This document shows, one piece after another, positions 1-11,700 of a stretch of DNA of 57,607 nt; the first letter of the stretch is position 1, and each line of letters opens with the position of its first letter. The notes under the pieces were generated by a model. That model saw only the letters and a list, made by a program, of their open reading frames with translations. It was not told the origin of the DNA and did no database searches. This DNA comes from an uncultured Bacteroides sp. (lineage in GTDB: Bacteria; Bacillota; Clostridia; Christensenellales; CAG-917), in NCBI GenBank assembly GCA_964624745.1, contig CAZUZK010000003.1, forward strand, positions 1 through 57,607. Reading direction: 5' to 3'. The translations under genes were made by a program, and so were the position numbers.

Positions 1-54
1 TTCACCCAAACGGTTTTCAAGACCGCCTCGTTATGACCGCTTCGATACGCTTCC
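1..54 (-). tRNA. tRNA-Ser(UGA), 5' portion only (continues beyond the left edge of the window)
   Basis: The reverse complement of 1-54 reads GGAAGCG-TA-TCG-AAGCGGTCATAA-CGA-G-GCGGT-CTTGAAA-ACCGT-TTGGGTGAA. That gives a 7-nt acceptor 5' strand, a 3-bp D stem with a long D loop (class II tRNA) and a 5-bp anticodon stem with one G.U pair. The 7-nt loop is CU-UGA-AA (anticodon = + strand 17-19), followed by the start of a long variable arm. The T arm and 3' acceptor strand are outside the window. Confidence 0.7.
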
Positions 55-80
55 ATACAAACAACATATCAAGCTTGTCT

Positions 81-109
81 AGTATAGCAAGAGTTTGACC
101 GCCTGTCAA
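81..109 (-). promoter_or_regulatory. sigma-A type promoter upstream of tRNA-Ser
   Basis: The minus strand reads TTGACA (104-109), a 17-nt spacer, then TATACT (81-86). The -10 element ends about 27 nt upstream of the tRNA 5' end at 54. Confidence 0.45.
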
Positions 110-168
110 ACAATACGACAATTTTAACAAAAAATTTGCTTAAAAATCTGATTTCGAGCTCATTTTTA

Positions 169-858
169 TTAGACTGAAGGATATTGTATTGCGATTCCCT
201 CGTCGAAAGACGTGTCTGCAACCTCGATATTTCCCGTTCCGTATCCGTAAACGTTTTCTAGTGCAATACAGCCTACAAAAGCATATTCTCCCACCTTGCA
301 GGTGTTTTCGTTGAAGAAATAAACCTCTTTAAGATTGGGCAATGCCGCAAAGGCAAAATCCTCTATCACTCGTACGCCTTGCGGAATATAAATTCTCTCG
401 GGCAGCTGCTGAAGAGTTATATCGGCAAATATCGTGTTCGCAATGCTATACGTCTGATATTCCTCGTATTCCTCTGCGCTCAAACCGTCGATGGAAAACA
501 GTCTTTCGTCGGACACGGTGCCGTCCGAGTTTTTTCTATACCAAAACACGTCGGGTATCACAACGTCGCCGAGATTGACTCCGTACGGAGTATCGCCGCC
601 CGTATAAAACGTTGTGACCTGCGCGCATTTCGTGCCGTCCTCTGCTTCGATAACGTTTATGTTGAAATACTTTGCCCACACGTAATTGCGCACGCCGTTA
701 TAGGTGGGAGTGACGCTGGGCGCGACTGAAGACGTACCGCCCTCCAAACTGCCTATCGAAGACGTCCAAACCGCATACGAAACCCCCGTCATCGTAATTG
801 CGACGGACAACAGCACCAACGAAGCTATCAATATCGAAATCCTATATTTTCTCTTCAT
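169..858 (-). CDS. Secreted/anchored BspA-type leucine-rich-repeat protein (229 aa) with a TasA/CalY-like N-terminus; last gene of the giant-protein operon
   Basis: The start was moved to the ATG at 858 (MKRKYRISILIASLVLLSVAITMTGVSYAVWTSS); the ORF-track start at 894 is a GTG with no SD. The C-terminal half carries LRR_5/BspA-like repeats (IPQGVRVIEDFAFAALPNLKEVYF..VGEYAFVGCIALENVY). It begins 4 nt after the stop of the upstream gene. Confidence 0.7.
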   Translation of the reverse strand: MKRKYRISILIASLVLLSVAITMTGVSYAVWTSSIGSLEGGTSSVAPSVTPTYNGVRNYVWAKYFNINVIEAEDGTKCAQVTTFYTGGDTPYGVNLGDVVIPDVFWYRKNSDGTVSDERLFSIDGLSAEEYEEYQTYSIANTIFADITLQQLPERIYIPQGVRVIEDFAFAALPNLKEVYFFNENTCKVGEYAFVGCIALENVYGYGTGNIEVADTSFDEGIAIQYPSV

Positions 859-862
859 ATCG

Positions 863-1663
863 TCAAGCAAAAACACCGTTGCGCACGTCCACACCGAGCA
901 AATCGTTTTGGTCGTTCTTTATATCGAACGTAAACTCTACGCTGTCTGCGCGAAGCAAATCGGGGTTGCACTCCTCGTCTATTTTATTGAAGTATATCGT
1001 GGCTTGCACGTAATACGTTTCACCGGGGATAACAAGCATATAAAAATCATATCCCGGCTCGCCGTTTTCAAGAGTGGGTTGCACGTAATAAACACTCGTG
1101 CTGTCCTTAAACGGCGGCGTTATATTCGCAATCGGTTGCGGACTTGAGTCGATTATGTCAACCAGCGCAAGCTCGACGTTAAAATCCCCCTTGAAATCCA
1201 GCTCCGAATATTTATATCCTGCGTCCTTTATATGCACGGAGGACACCGAAAGCAAAAGCGTCTTCCTTCCGTCAATAGCGTTTGTCTCCCCGTCTTCCGT
1301 TGTAGACGATATGTCGGGAGAACCCACAAAGTTTATCGGGAAATACAGCGTTGCGGTTTTTGCGGCGGAATTTATTGTATCCGATTTTGATTTGAGGGTT
1401 TGTCCGAACGGCGCTTCCCCTCCCTTTTCAAGCACGCCGACGTTTGCGATTGCAGGCCATACGCTCACTCCGTAACCGCTTATCGTCTCGTCTATCTTGA
1501 TAACCGCCTTCTCCTGCAAATAATCCGAATCTATGGTAAATCCGCTCTCGCCGCTACTTGCGAAATTGCTAAACCACGCCGCCGTAACGCTGATTGCCGT
1601 CACCGCGACAATCAAAGCCATTACGAGAGAAGAAACGATAAGTGTGCGTTTTGTTTTATTCAT
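863..1663 (-). CDS. Secreted protein (266 aa) with a SipW-cognate-type (TasA/CalY-like) signal; function unknown, candidate fibre subunit
   Basis: An ATG at 1663 is preceded by a GGAGGAG SD. The N-terminus is MNKTKRTLIVSSLVMALIVAVTAISVTAAWFSNFASS, i.e. a basic n-region, a hydrophobic core and then an A-W-F-S-N motif like TasA (..TWAAFND) and CalY (..TFAYFSD). Its size is close to TasA. It overlaps the upstream gene by 8 nt. Confidence 0.7.
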   Translation of the reverse strand: MNKTKRTLIVSSLVMALIVAVTAISVTAAWFSNFASSGESGFTIDSDYLQEKAVIKIDETISGYGVSVWPAIANVGVLEKGGEAPFGQTLKSKSDTINSAAKTATLYFPINFVGSPDISSTTEDGETNAIDGRKTLLLSVSSVHIKDAGYKYSELDFKGDFNVELALVDIIDSSPQPIANITPPFKDSTSVYYVQPTLENGEPGYDFYMLVIPGETYYVQATIYFNKIDEECNPDLLRADSVEFTFDIKNDQNDLLGVDVRNGVFA

Positions 1664-2687
1664 TTTCTCCTCCCTCTTCGCTTATTCCGTTTATCGCAAT
1701 TTGAGCGGAAAATTCAAACACCGTGCTTGCGTAATCCATGCTTGAATAATACATTTGATTCGGATAGTTCGGATTGAACATTTTTGCAAGTTCGGCACTT
1801 GAATATACGTTTTGTGCAGTATAAACGTCCTTATCTGCGGAAAAGAACTGCATCCAAAACATTTTCTGCGGTGCGAAAACGATGTAGAAATCATACAATT
1901 CGCCGTCCGCGGAAAAGCTTTCGATTTCAAATCCGTCAACGTCTTTTATGCTGTAATTTTCGGCGATTTCGGCATCGTTGAGTTTTTTCACAAAGCCGTC
2001 GCTTCCGAACGTCAATTTGCCGTACGGCGTATACCACACCTCATCAGTCGTCGGCGAAAGATAAGCCATCGTTTTATTCGTTCCGTCCGCGGAAGCCGTA
2101 TAATTCATTGCCGTCAATCCGCTGTGTTTTTTGAAGAACCACGTGAACGCGTACGGAATATCGGGCGCGGTATTTTTATCCGCATCGTCCTCGAAACCGT
2201 ACGTTTTTTTAGGCGGTGAAATGATTATGTTGTTTCCGTTTTCGTCCTTTATCGGCATACCCTGCGCGTCTACCTTCATTTTGGAAATCTTCGCCGTGTC
2301 GAAATACATTTCTATATCAAAGGTATTTCCTTCTGTGTCGAGCGCAATCGTGTTGATAAAATAATAAGCGATATTGCTTTGATTGACTGAATTGTCCCCT
2401 GCGACCTCCTCCGTCATAAGCTTGCCGGTATTATCGCCGTCAAAACAAAATGCCGTTTGTCCGACGTATTTTATATTGTCCCAAAGTTCGCTGTCCTTTA
2501 AGTCGAACACTATCTGATGTGTTTGCGCCGTTGAAAAATCGATTTTCGTTACTCTTACTTCCCTGTCGTTTGAGAACCACGCAAAAGACGCGCTCACCAT
2601 AACAAGGGTGACCACCATAATCAAAATCGGAATCGCGATACCGAAAACCGCTTTTACCGTTCTGTTTTTTTGCGAGGCTTTGTCCAT
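1656..2687 (-). CDS. Secreted protein (343 aa) with a SipW-cognate-type (TasA/CalY-like) signal; function unknown, candidate fibre subunit
   Basis: The start was moved to the ATG at 2687 (an AGGAAAA SD lies 5-6 nt upstream). The N-terminus is MDKASQKNRTVKAVFGIAIPILIMVVTLVMVSASFAWFSNDREVRV; compare CalY ..GGGTFAYFSDKEV. The stop overlaps the next gene's ATG. Confidence 0.7.
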   Translation of the reverse strand: MDKASQKNRTVKAVFGIAIPILIMVVTLVMVSASFAWFSNDREVRVTKIDFSTAQTHQIVFDLKDSELWDNIKYVGQTAFCFDGDNTGKLMTEEVAGDNSVNQSNIAYYFINTIALDTEGNTFDIEMYFDTAKISKMKVDAQGMPIKDENGNNIIISPPKKTYGFEDDADKNTAPDIPYAFTWFFKKHSGLTAMNYTASADGTNKTMAYLSPTTDEVWYTPYGKLTFGSDGFVKKLNDAEIAENYSIKDVDGFEIESFSADGELYDFYIVFAPQKMFWMQFFSADKDVYTAQNVYSSAELAKMFNPNYPNQMYYSSMDYASTVFEFSAQIAINGISEEGGENE

Positions 2688-2789
2688 ATTTTTTCCTACT
2701 TTGACATTTTGTGTGTCATAATTCTTTGCATTTCGATTTTTGCGAGCCTTATAGTATATACAAAGCACGCCTTGGATTTATTTGCCAAG

Positions 2790-5700
2790 TCACGCAAGCG
2801 GAATAGCGTTCACGCTGACTTCAAACATCTTATCCGCACCGTTGAGGTCTATGGTATGTCCGTTCGCCTTAACCGTGCCGTAGAACGCGCCGCTGTACGT
2901 GCTATGCACGTAGCTTGAATACATCTTCACGTCGCAAGCAAGCGTAAACGTAGCAAAGCGTAGCTCTCTCAACAGAGAAACGTTTTGCTGATTTGCGATG
3001 ACAATCGCGTCGCTGTCGCTCGTACCGTGCTTCTTGCCGACAATCCAGCTTTCGTTGCCGAGGGTGTATACGCTCAAGCCTTTAAGCTCGCCCGTGGTTA
3101 CGCTCGTTTCGCCAAGCGAATACATGAGCAAATCAACGTCGATAATATCTCTCAATCTCATACTGCGACGAGCCTTAACCGAAGAGCGCAAATCCTCTGC
3201 TATATCGCGCAAATCCATATCGTTAACGACGTCGAACACTCCCTTGTTGCCGTCGTCACCCTTGCAATAATCGCTGTCGGCATAACCGCTGTTCGAGCCG
3301 AGATACAGCTCCGCATACGATTTTTTGCGCGCGCTGTCGTTTACAAAGGCAAGCCCCGAATCGCTCCTCTTCCAAACGGCGTTTTCCATATGGAACGAGT
3401 TGTCGATGCTTGCAGAAGCAAGTCCTACGCCAAACGGATTCACGTTGCCGGTGGCGTCAATCTGCATCATCGATACAGCGTTTGAAAGCTTGATATTGTT
3501 TGCCGAGCCGACAAACCCGCCGACGTTGCTACCGTTGCCGCGAACGGTTATCGTGCCCAACACGATAGCATTTGCTATCGAACGCTCTGACGAGCCGAAC
3601 AATCCGCCGACGTTTGCGGTCGCGCTCACGGTTATCGAGCCGTGGAATGTTACGTTTGAAACGGCGTCACCGTTTGCCGACGCAAGCGCGCTACCCGCGA
3701 TTCCGCCCGTGTTTCCCGCGCCTGAAAGAACGGTGAAATTGCGCAAATGCAAATTGCTAACCTTGACGTTTGCGCCGAGCACGTCGAACAATCCGACGTT
3801 TTCGCTGCCGTAGCCGACAATTTTTAGCTTGTCGATAACGTAGCCGTTGCCGTCGTACGAACCGTTAAACAGCTCGGAGGTGAGCTTAAACAAGCTTCCC
3901 TTCACGCTCACGATATTGCCTACGCCCGAGCTTGTAACGTGCTTGACGTAGCTTGCGCCCGAAGAGGAACCCCAGCCGTAGCGATGAGCAGTGCCGTCCT
4001 GACCGATAACGGTAAAGAAGCTGTTGAGCATATCCTCGTCGGCTTGAGTCATAACGCCGGAGATATCCGCGGTTTGCTTAAATGCCGAGAACATACGCTT
4101 GCTAGACGCAGGGTTCTCCTTGTAATAGCCCCAACAGCCGACCTCTCCCACCTCGGAGTTTTCATTGCGGAAGACGACGATTTTACCGTTGCTGTCATTC
4201 TGAAGCTCCTCGAAATATCCGTCCCAGTCGCTGTAGCCGTCGGGCATACCGATGTTGTTTGTGTATTGCGCCTGCGTTGCCAACAACTCGAAGGTGAAAT
4301 CGGACTTGATAATCTGCGTAAATTCGGGATTGTCGCCGTCCTGACTTGCAGTCCAATAGAAGGACGCGATAATCAATTTTGCAAGCGAATTGATTTCAAA
4401 CACGTCGCCTGTTTCTACAAAGTAGCCGATTGTCAGAATGGGCTGATTGCTCAAGCGATAGTTGAAATTCATACCCATATCAGGCGAAACCTTCGCTCCA
4501 AGCACGCTGCTGTTTTCCGAGCCGTAAATTACCTTGTGTCCCTTGTATACCGCAGGCTCGCCGTTGCCGTCGAGCTGCCAGCCGTTTGCAACGATAACGC
4601 TGACCGTTCTCTCTACGATGTCCTTGCTGGTACCGCTGATGTTTTCCCACTCGGTATTATACTTGTTGTCGGCGGTTGCGTAGCTTTGATATTGATGAGC
4701 ATACTCTACGCGCACCGACTTGACGGTTATCTCGATGACGACCTCGCTTGTAAGACCTTCGTTGTTTGCGCGGTCGTTCTTGTCGTAAACCGTGACCGGC
4801 GTACACGAGCCGTTCAAATAAACGCCCACGTCGTTGCTATGCTCCGCGACGACAAACTTGTAGTTGCCTGCCTCGTTGCCCGAAATCCTAAATTCGAGCT
4901 TCTTGTAGTAACCGCTTCCGACGTAATAGTTGCCCTCGGAATCGACGCAAACGTTGTTGACGTACTTGTCGAGCTTGTATCTTTGAGAGCGCGTGCTGTC
5001 CGCTTCGACGTAATTTGCATACACCGTCACGTCGTCCGTGCCGTAGAAGCCGGATACGCTGAAGCCCTCGCCGCTTGTGTAAATCTGGCTCTTTGCCGTC
5101 TTCCCTTCGGTATGCTTTGCGCCGCTACCGCCGTATGACGTGCCTCCGTTATATGCTCTTGTAGCCTTGCCGTAGCGAAGCTTATCGAGCGTAATCGTAA
5201 GCATTGCGTGCGTAATTTCGCCTATGCCGTCAACCTGTTGCACGCCCGAGCCGACGTACTTGTAGTTTGTCGTATCGCCGACAAATTCATAGTTGATAAA
5301 CACAGCCTTTCCGCTTGCGACGTTTGCATCGTCGTAATACGCGGTGACGTTAAACGAGCTTATGCTCGGCGCCGAGCCTTGGTTGGTGGACGTAACCGAA
5401 TAAACGGAATTGCTGTTTGCAAGTGCGGTTGTAGCCGACGTCGTGCTGTCGTAAACCTTGCCGACGACGTTTCCGCTAGAGTATGAAACAGTTATCGTTG
5501 ACTGCTCGATTTCGTACTTCGAGCTGGTTGTATTGCCGATAATATAGTTGTCCTTGCTTGTCGCGACGCCCTCGTTGGTTGCCGGCGAGATGCTAAAGGA
5601 CACAACGCTCATAAAATAATCCTTGCCGACGTTCGTTTGCTTGCCCGAAAGCGTAAGCGTCAAAACGTCGTTGCCGAGAGCGTGAATGGTTGCGCTGTCC

Positions 5701-8700
5701 ACGGTGGAGCTTGTGACGACGGGCGAGCTTAGAGCACTCACCTTGTAGCTTGCGCCCGACACCGTAAAGCCCGCGTAACGTCCGTAGTAATACACGAAGC
5801 TTGACGGCGAGCTTGTCCAGGTAAGAGAGATTTCTCTCGCGCTTATCGTAAACGTTGCGCTACCCGTTCCCGTAACGTCGTAGTTGTTAGACACGTCCAC
5901 ACCGTTTCTTCTCGCCTCGAACGCCTTGCTCGAAATGGACACGACGTACTCGCCTGCATTGACGAAGGCTGTCGCCTCGCTCTTGTCGTTAACCTTGTAG
6001 TTGACGAAAATCATATCTCTGCCGAAGTTGAACGAGCCGTCCGCATTCTGCGCGATATTCGAGCCGTTGTCCGACAAATCTATGCTCGGCGTGTGTGATT
6101 TCGCATCGTAAATCGCGCTTCCGTCCTTAAGTCCCGAAAGCGTCAACGCCTTTTTAGCTATCGTCCACTTTGCGGTGTACGTGCCGTTAAGCTTGTAGTT
6201 GGAGCTACGCGCGCCGCTTCCCATACTTGCGGTGACGGAATATCCGCCGTCCTTATAATCTACGGTTTGCGTAGTCACGGTTGCCGACGGCGACGAGCTT
6301 GTGACGGAATAGGTCTTTCCTCCGCAAACGATTTCGACCTTATCGTTGGCGACAAGTCCCGAAACCGTGAATTGCGAAAGTCCCTGATGCTCGGTGTTGT
6401 AAACGTACGTTTTGCCCGAAGCGTTCAGCGTTGCGCCCTTATGGTCGGCAAACGTAACGCTCAACGGACGCTTGGTTATGATATATTGCGCCTCCGAGGA
6501 CTCTGCGGAGCAATCTATGAGATTATCTTTTGCCCAGTCGGTAAGCTCCAGCTTTGCGGTGTACGTCTTCGCGTCTACTGCCGTTGTAAACGTACAGGTT
6601 GCTTTCTTGCTGTTTACCGAAACGAAATTGTCCGCCTTGACGTTGTTGAGCGTTGCCGAATAATACTTCTTGAGGAAGGCTACGAAATCGGAAATGCCCG
6701 TATCCGTCAAGACCTCGAAGGTTGCGATAAGCTTACCTGTCTTTTGTCCGTCGTAAACGTGGCTACCGCTCGAATCCTGCTTCGTCCAGCTGAGCGTAAT
6801 CGCATTGTTGCTTATGGAGAACTTGGGCGATACGGAAGTATCGAGCTTATAGTTGCCCTGCTGTCCGCTTGCAAACGTCAGGTAGTAGTTGCCGACAAGG
6901 CGCATTCCCGATACGTCGAAGCTATGGCTGTTTATGCTTGTTCTAACGCTGACGTTGCTCACTCTGTTGCCGCTCAACGCGCTGTTGCACTCGACTGCCG
7001 AAGACGTACCCAAAATGCCGTTTGTATCGAACAAATCGAAGGACGAAAGCGCATAATCGTTGTCGTTGTTGCTATTCTTGATTTGCGCAACGAATCTGGG
7101 ACTGAATGCGGCAAGTACCGCCATTGTGTCGTTGTAGCCCTCTTTTGTGACTATACCGTCCACAACCCAGCTGCGAGAATACAGCGAATTGTCAAAGATT
7201 GCGCTTTGATTGTCGTAACCGGCGCCGAGCTTAATTCGGAGCGTTGCCGGAGTGACTATAACCTTGCACATCTTGTCAAGCTCGGTGTAGCAATCCTTTT
7301 TGTTTGTTAGCTCGGGGACAATGAGATAGTTCTTTGCATTGACAAACTTTATGCCTACCACAAGCTTGTACGTATTGCTGTCCGAAATTGTCTCTTTGGT
7401 GGAACCGAGGTCTGCAAGATTGGAATACACCTGCATTTGCGCGCTTACGATTTCGATTCCGTACGTATCCGCGCCCTTAACCGCCTCACAACTCGAGCCG
7501 TTCCATTTGAACGTGACAAGATCCGTCGCGTTTGCGATATTGCTTCCCTCAAACGTCTTTATCGCCACGTCGAAGGTTATGTTCGATTTGTCCTTCGGCG
7601 CAATATTGCTTATGGTGAGCGTTGCTTGGCATTCGTCCTTTCCGTACTCGCCTGCAACGTCGTCGGCTACGGCTTCAAGACCTCTGTAGCTTATAGTCCA
7701 ATCGACGACGATACCGCCGACAACGGACGGATTGCCGTTTCTGTCGTAATAGTAAACCTCGATTGCGGACTTATAATTGCCGGGCTTTGTCGCGCTCAAC
7801 ACGGTGTCGGAACCGTCCACGGCTTTATAACAGTAGGTGTCGGCATAGCTTTCGTTTGCAACGACGTTTTGCCTGAACTCTATCGACTTGTTTTCCGCAT
7901 CAGTCAAGCCTATCGGCGCGTAACGCTCATAGCTGTTGTACGTAAGCGCGGAGCCTTTCGCTATAGTACGATAGTAAACCGCGACGTTCTTTGCAATCTT
8001 TGCCGAATCCGCGGAATTGATTGTCGCAATGGATATATAGAACAAGCCCGTCGTCACACTCTCGTCCTTAATTGCGGAGGGCTTCTGGCTTCCGCTTGAC
8101 TCTATATACATATAATATCCGCTGTTCTTTCCAGCCGCCATAGCCGTTGCGTACAGCACCGAGCTTTGCGGAGAACCGCCGTCTTGAACGATTGTGGAAT
8201 ACAGCGTTTCGGTGTCCTTGCCTGCCTCTCGCTCGCTTGCGGAATATGCGTTTGCGATACGCTTCCAGTAGACGGAGGAAGCAATATTGTTGCCTCGAGC
8301 GTCCGTATGCTCCGCATTAACCTTTCCTATTGACGTATCCGAAACGGAGGACGCGCTCATATTGTCGTTTGCGTAAACGAAATACCAGCCGGTCGAGCCG
8401 TCGTTCGCACCCGTGGAATAGGTGGGATTGTTGAGCGGTTTAACCCACGCGCCGTTCGTAAAGGAGGAGCCTGAATGATATTTTGCAAAATACATCGCCC
8501 ACGTCAAATCCGTTACGTCGCTTTCGCTTACCGTCACGCCGCCCACTCTATGCTCGCCGACGGCTTTATAATATTCGGTAGGCGTTGAGTAAATGGCTCC
8601 GCTCACGTCCTTATCCGTGCCGCACAACGCTTGTGTGAACGTTATCGTCTCCGCATTGCCGTTGTTTGTATAAGTTTCGGAAATGACCTCGTACTTGCCC

Positions 8701-11700
8701 AAGGTCTGCTGCAAGTTGTTGACGTTCGAGCCTGCGATAACGGCGTTTTCGTAACCCTTAACCCAATAGGACGTCGTAGCGTCGGTGGTTGAGTTCGCCT
8801 TGCCGACGATACCGCCGACGTCGCTTACCGTGGCAACGAAATTGCCCTCTATCGCAAACGCGGATTTGATTTCTATGTTAGAACCGTATGCGTAGCCCAC
8901 GATACCGCCGACGTTCTTCGCGCCCGTGACGGTTGTGTTGTACGCAAGCATATTGTTGATTGAAATTCCCGAGGCTTTTATAAGTCCGACGATACCGCCG
9001 ACGTTGTAAACGCCGTTTGCGGTGACGTTGCCCACTGCGTAATACGTATTGTTGCTCCAATCGCTTCCGCCGTTGAAGCCGTTGCTCGAATCGCCTATAA
9101 CGCCGATTGCGCCGCCTATACCGCCCCACTTCGTTTCGTCGGCGTTCTTCGCATTCTCGATTGCGGCACTATCGGGATTTGCGGTGAGCGTACCGCCTGC
9201 CTCGAAGTGCGTGTTCCTTATCGAAATGCTCACGTCTAAAGCCGTGCCGTCGAGCGGAATATTATCCGAATCGCTCTTAAGAGGCTCGGGAACGCCTATG
9301 ATACCCACCGAACCGCCTACCGCGTTGACTGCGGCGACCTGCATATTGCTTGCCGAACTTATGAACTGCGCATAAGTCATAGAGCCTGCCAATACGCCTA
9401 TGGAACCGCCCACGTAGCCCGTTGCGGTAACTCTACCGCTGTTGGTAAATTCGACCTTCGAGTTATTGTCGTAGCCTGCGATAGAGCCGAGCAAAATGCC
9501 TATCGAGCCACCTATGTACGCGCCTGTGCTTGTGACGTTGCCGCTGTTTACAAACACCGTGGGTACGGGATTGTCCGTCGGAACCGTTACGCTTGCGGTC
9601 TTTGCGACGTATCCTATCGAGCCGCCCACGAAATTGACGCCCGTAACCGAGCCGTTGTTGGTAAATTCGCCGGCTATAGAGCCTTTATTGAGCTTGCCAA
9701 TCGAGCCGCCGATATAGTTGTTGCCTCTAACATTGCCCTCGTTGGTAATGGTGAGTCGTCTGACCTCTTCGCTTCCCGTACCGCCGCCGGTGAACATCTC
9801 GCCGTCGTTGAGTCCGACGATGCCGCCGACGTTGTTTCTGCCATTAAGGTCGCCGTTGTTGACGAAAGTGCCCTTGACGATGTTGACTATACCATCCGTA
9901 CCGTCTTGCGTTTCCGCGCCCTCGTTCTTGCCGACGATACCGCCGACGTTATCCTCGCTTGCCTCTATATTTGCGCCGGTTTCAATCGTAATTGACAGCC
10001 TCTTTTCGTACGTGACGCCGCTATAGTCGTTTGCGCCCATATTCAACGTCGCGCCTGCGGCGTTCAAGCCGATAAAGCCGCCTACCTCGCTCTTGCCCGA
10101 AAGCACGCAGCCTATCGAGATAACCGTGTTGTCCGAGAGTATATCGACAGTGCTTTCGTTTGTGCCGATAAAGCCGCCCATATTGTCGGCGTTGATTGCC
10201 GTTATCGTCGGATTGACGGTAAGCCGTCCGCTGAAGGCAACTCCGCGGGTGCGTCCGGCAACGCCGCCGAGATTCTTTATTCTGTCAATGGAATCGTCTA
10301 TGACGATATTGCCCGTCACGTTGATGATTGCGCCCGAGGCTATGCTCGCGCCTGCGCCCATATCGCCTACGACGCCGCCGACGTTCGTAACGTCGCCGTT
10401 GTCCGTGTCCATGCCCTTTGCGATGAGAATCGTGCCGTCAAACACTATCCTTCCGCTGAACGTGGTGGTGACGGCATTCACCGTGTCGTTGTGCGTGGTA
10501 AAGCCCACGATGCCGCCTATTGCCGTGCCGTAATTCGGATCGTTTTCGATTGTTCCCCACTCGTCGTCACGCGCGATAAGCGTGGATTTGTTGACGGAGC
10601 AATCAACTATTTCGTTTATCGAATTAGGCATAATGCCGGCGATACCGCCTATGCACGTTTCGCCTGTGATAAGCACTTGCTTCTGTGCCGCGCCTATTTC
10701 AGAGTTGTATGCGACGCTCGTCATTTCGGCTATCGTTGCCGCCGAGGAATCGTACGTCAACGGATTCGTATCGGTTCCGACCTCGCAGCCGCTTATAAAC
10801 AACGTCGTATTGTCGTTGGAATAGCCTATGATGCCACCAATGTGCTTTCCGAGCGTTTTTGCGGAGCTGTTGTCTCTGTTGGATATGGTTTGTATCGTCG
10901 CTCTTTCAACCCTGTTGTCGGAGACGTAAATCTTGTTGTTGCCGATTTTTGCGTCGGCGTTGTTGCTTGCATAGCCTACGATACCGCCCGTTCTACTGCG
11001 TTTGCTGTTTATGCGCGCGTCTACAATGACGCAGTTCTTGATTGTGGACGTAGTACCTGCGATATAATTCGTGCCGATAGCCGTGTTGATTTCGCCTGCG
11101 ATACCGCCCGTATACGTGTTCAAATTGCCGACCGGCGTGTGTGTTTTGGCTTTGCCGCAAGAATACAGCACGATTTCGTGCGTGCTTGCGCTGTTATAAA
11201 GCTTGTCGCCGACGCCTGCGTTGCAATGGTCTATCACGGACTTTCCGCCGACGCTCGCCGCTATCGAGCCGACTATTGAAGTTCCGCCGTTGTCGGTGAT
11301 GTACGCCTCAACTCTGCCCGTCACCGAAACGTAGCCGACGTATGCACCCTCGACGCGTCCGAACAAGCCTGCATAAACCTTGTTCTTGTCATAACCAAGC
11401 ACTCTCAAATCGAGAATCTGAGTGTTGTCGCTCTCGCCCTGCTTGCCGCTGAAGCTACCCTCAAACACGTTGCTTGCGCCTATCGTAATGAAATTGCGCC
11501 TTGCAAACGTCACGTCGGTGATCGAGCTTCCGCTGTCGCCGTCGTAGCCGTAATTGCGATTGAGCCACTTCACGTATGCCGTCGCCGTGGAATCCGTGTT
11601 CTGCGGATTGTCTCTGCCTATCGCGCCGTTTGTCAACAAATGATAGCTCTTGCCGGTCTGCGTGCATTTTGCGCCGTAAGCGGAGGAGGACTTGTACATT

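Noticed and set aside
1-56. A short minus-strand ORF starting at 56 (MEAYRSGHNEAVLKTVWV..) running off the left edge.
   Set aside because: The same bases fold into a canonical class II tRNA 5' half with a UGA anticodon. Peptides of the type RSGHNEAVLKT are a typical artefact of translating tRNA genes.
9000-11300. Regular short-period repetition in the DNA that could be mistaken for a CRISPR-like or tandem repeat array.
   Set aside because: The periodicity comes from in-frame GLUG protein repeats (..VGGxxG..). The units are divergent at the DNA level, have no unique spacers, and lie inside a CDS. No cas genes are present.
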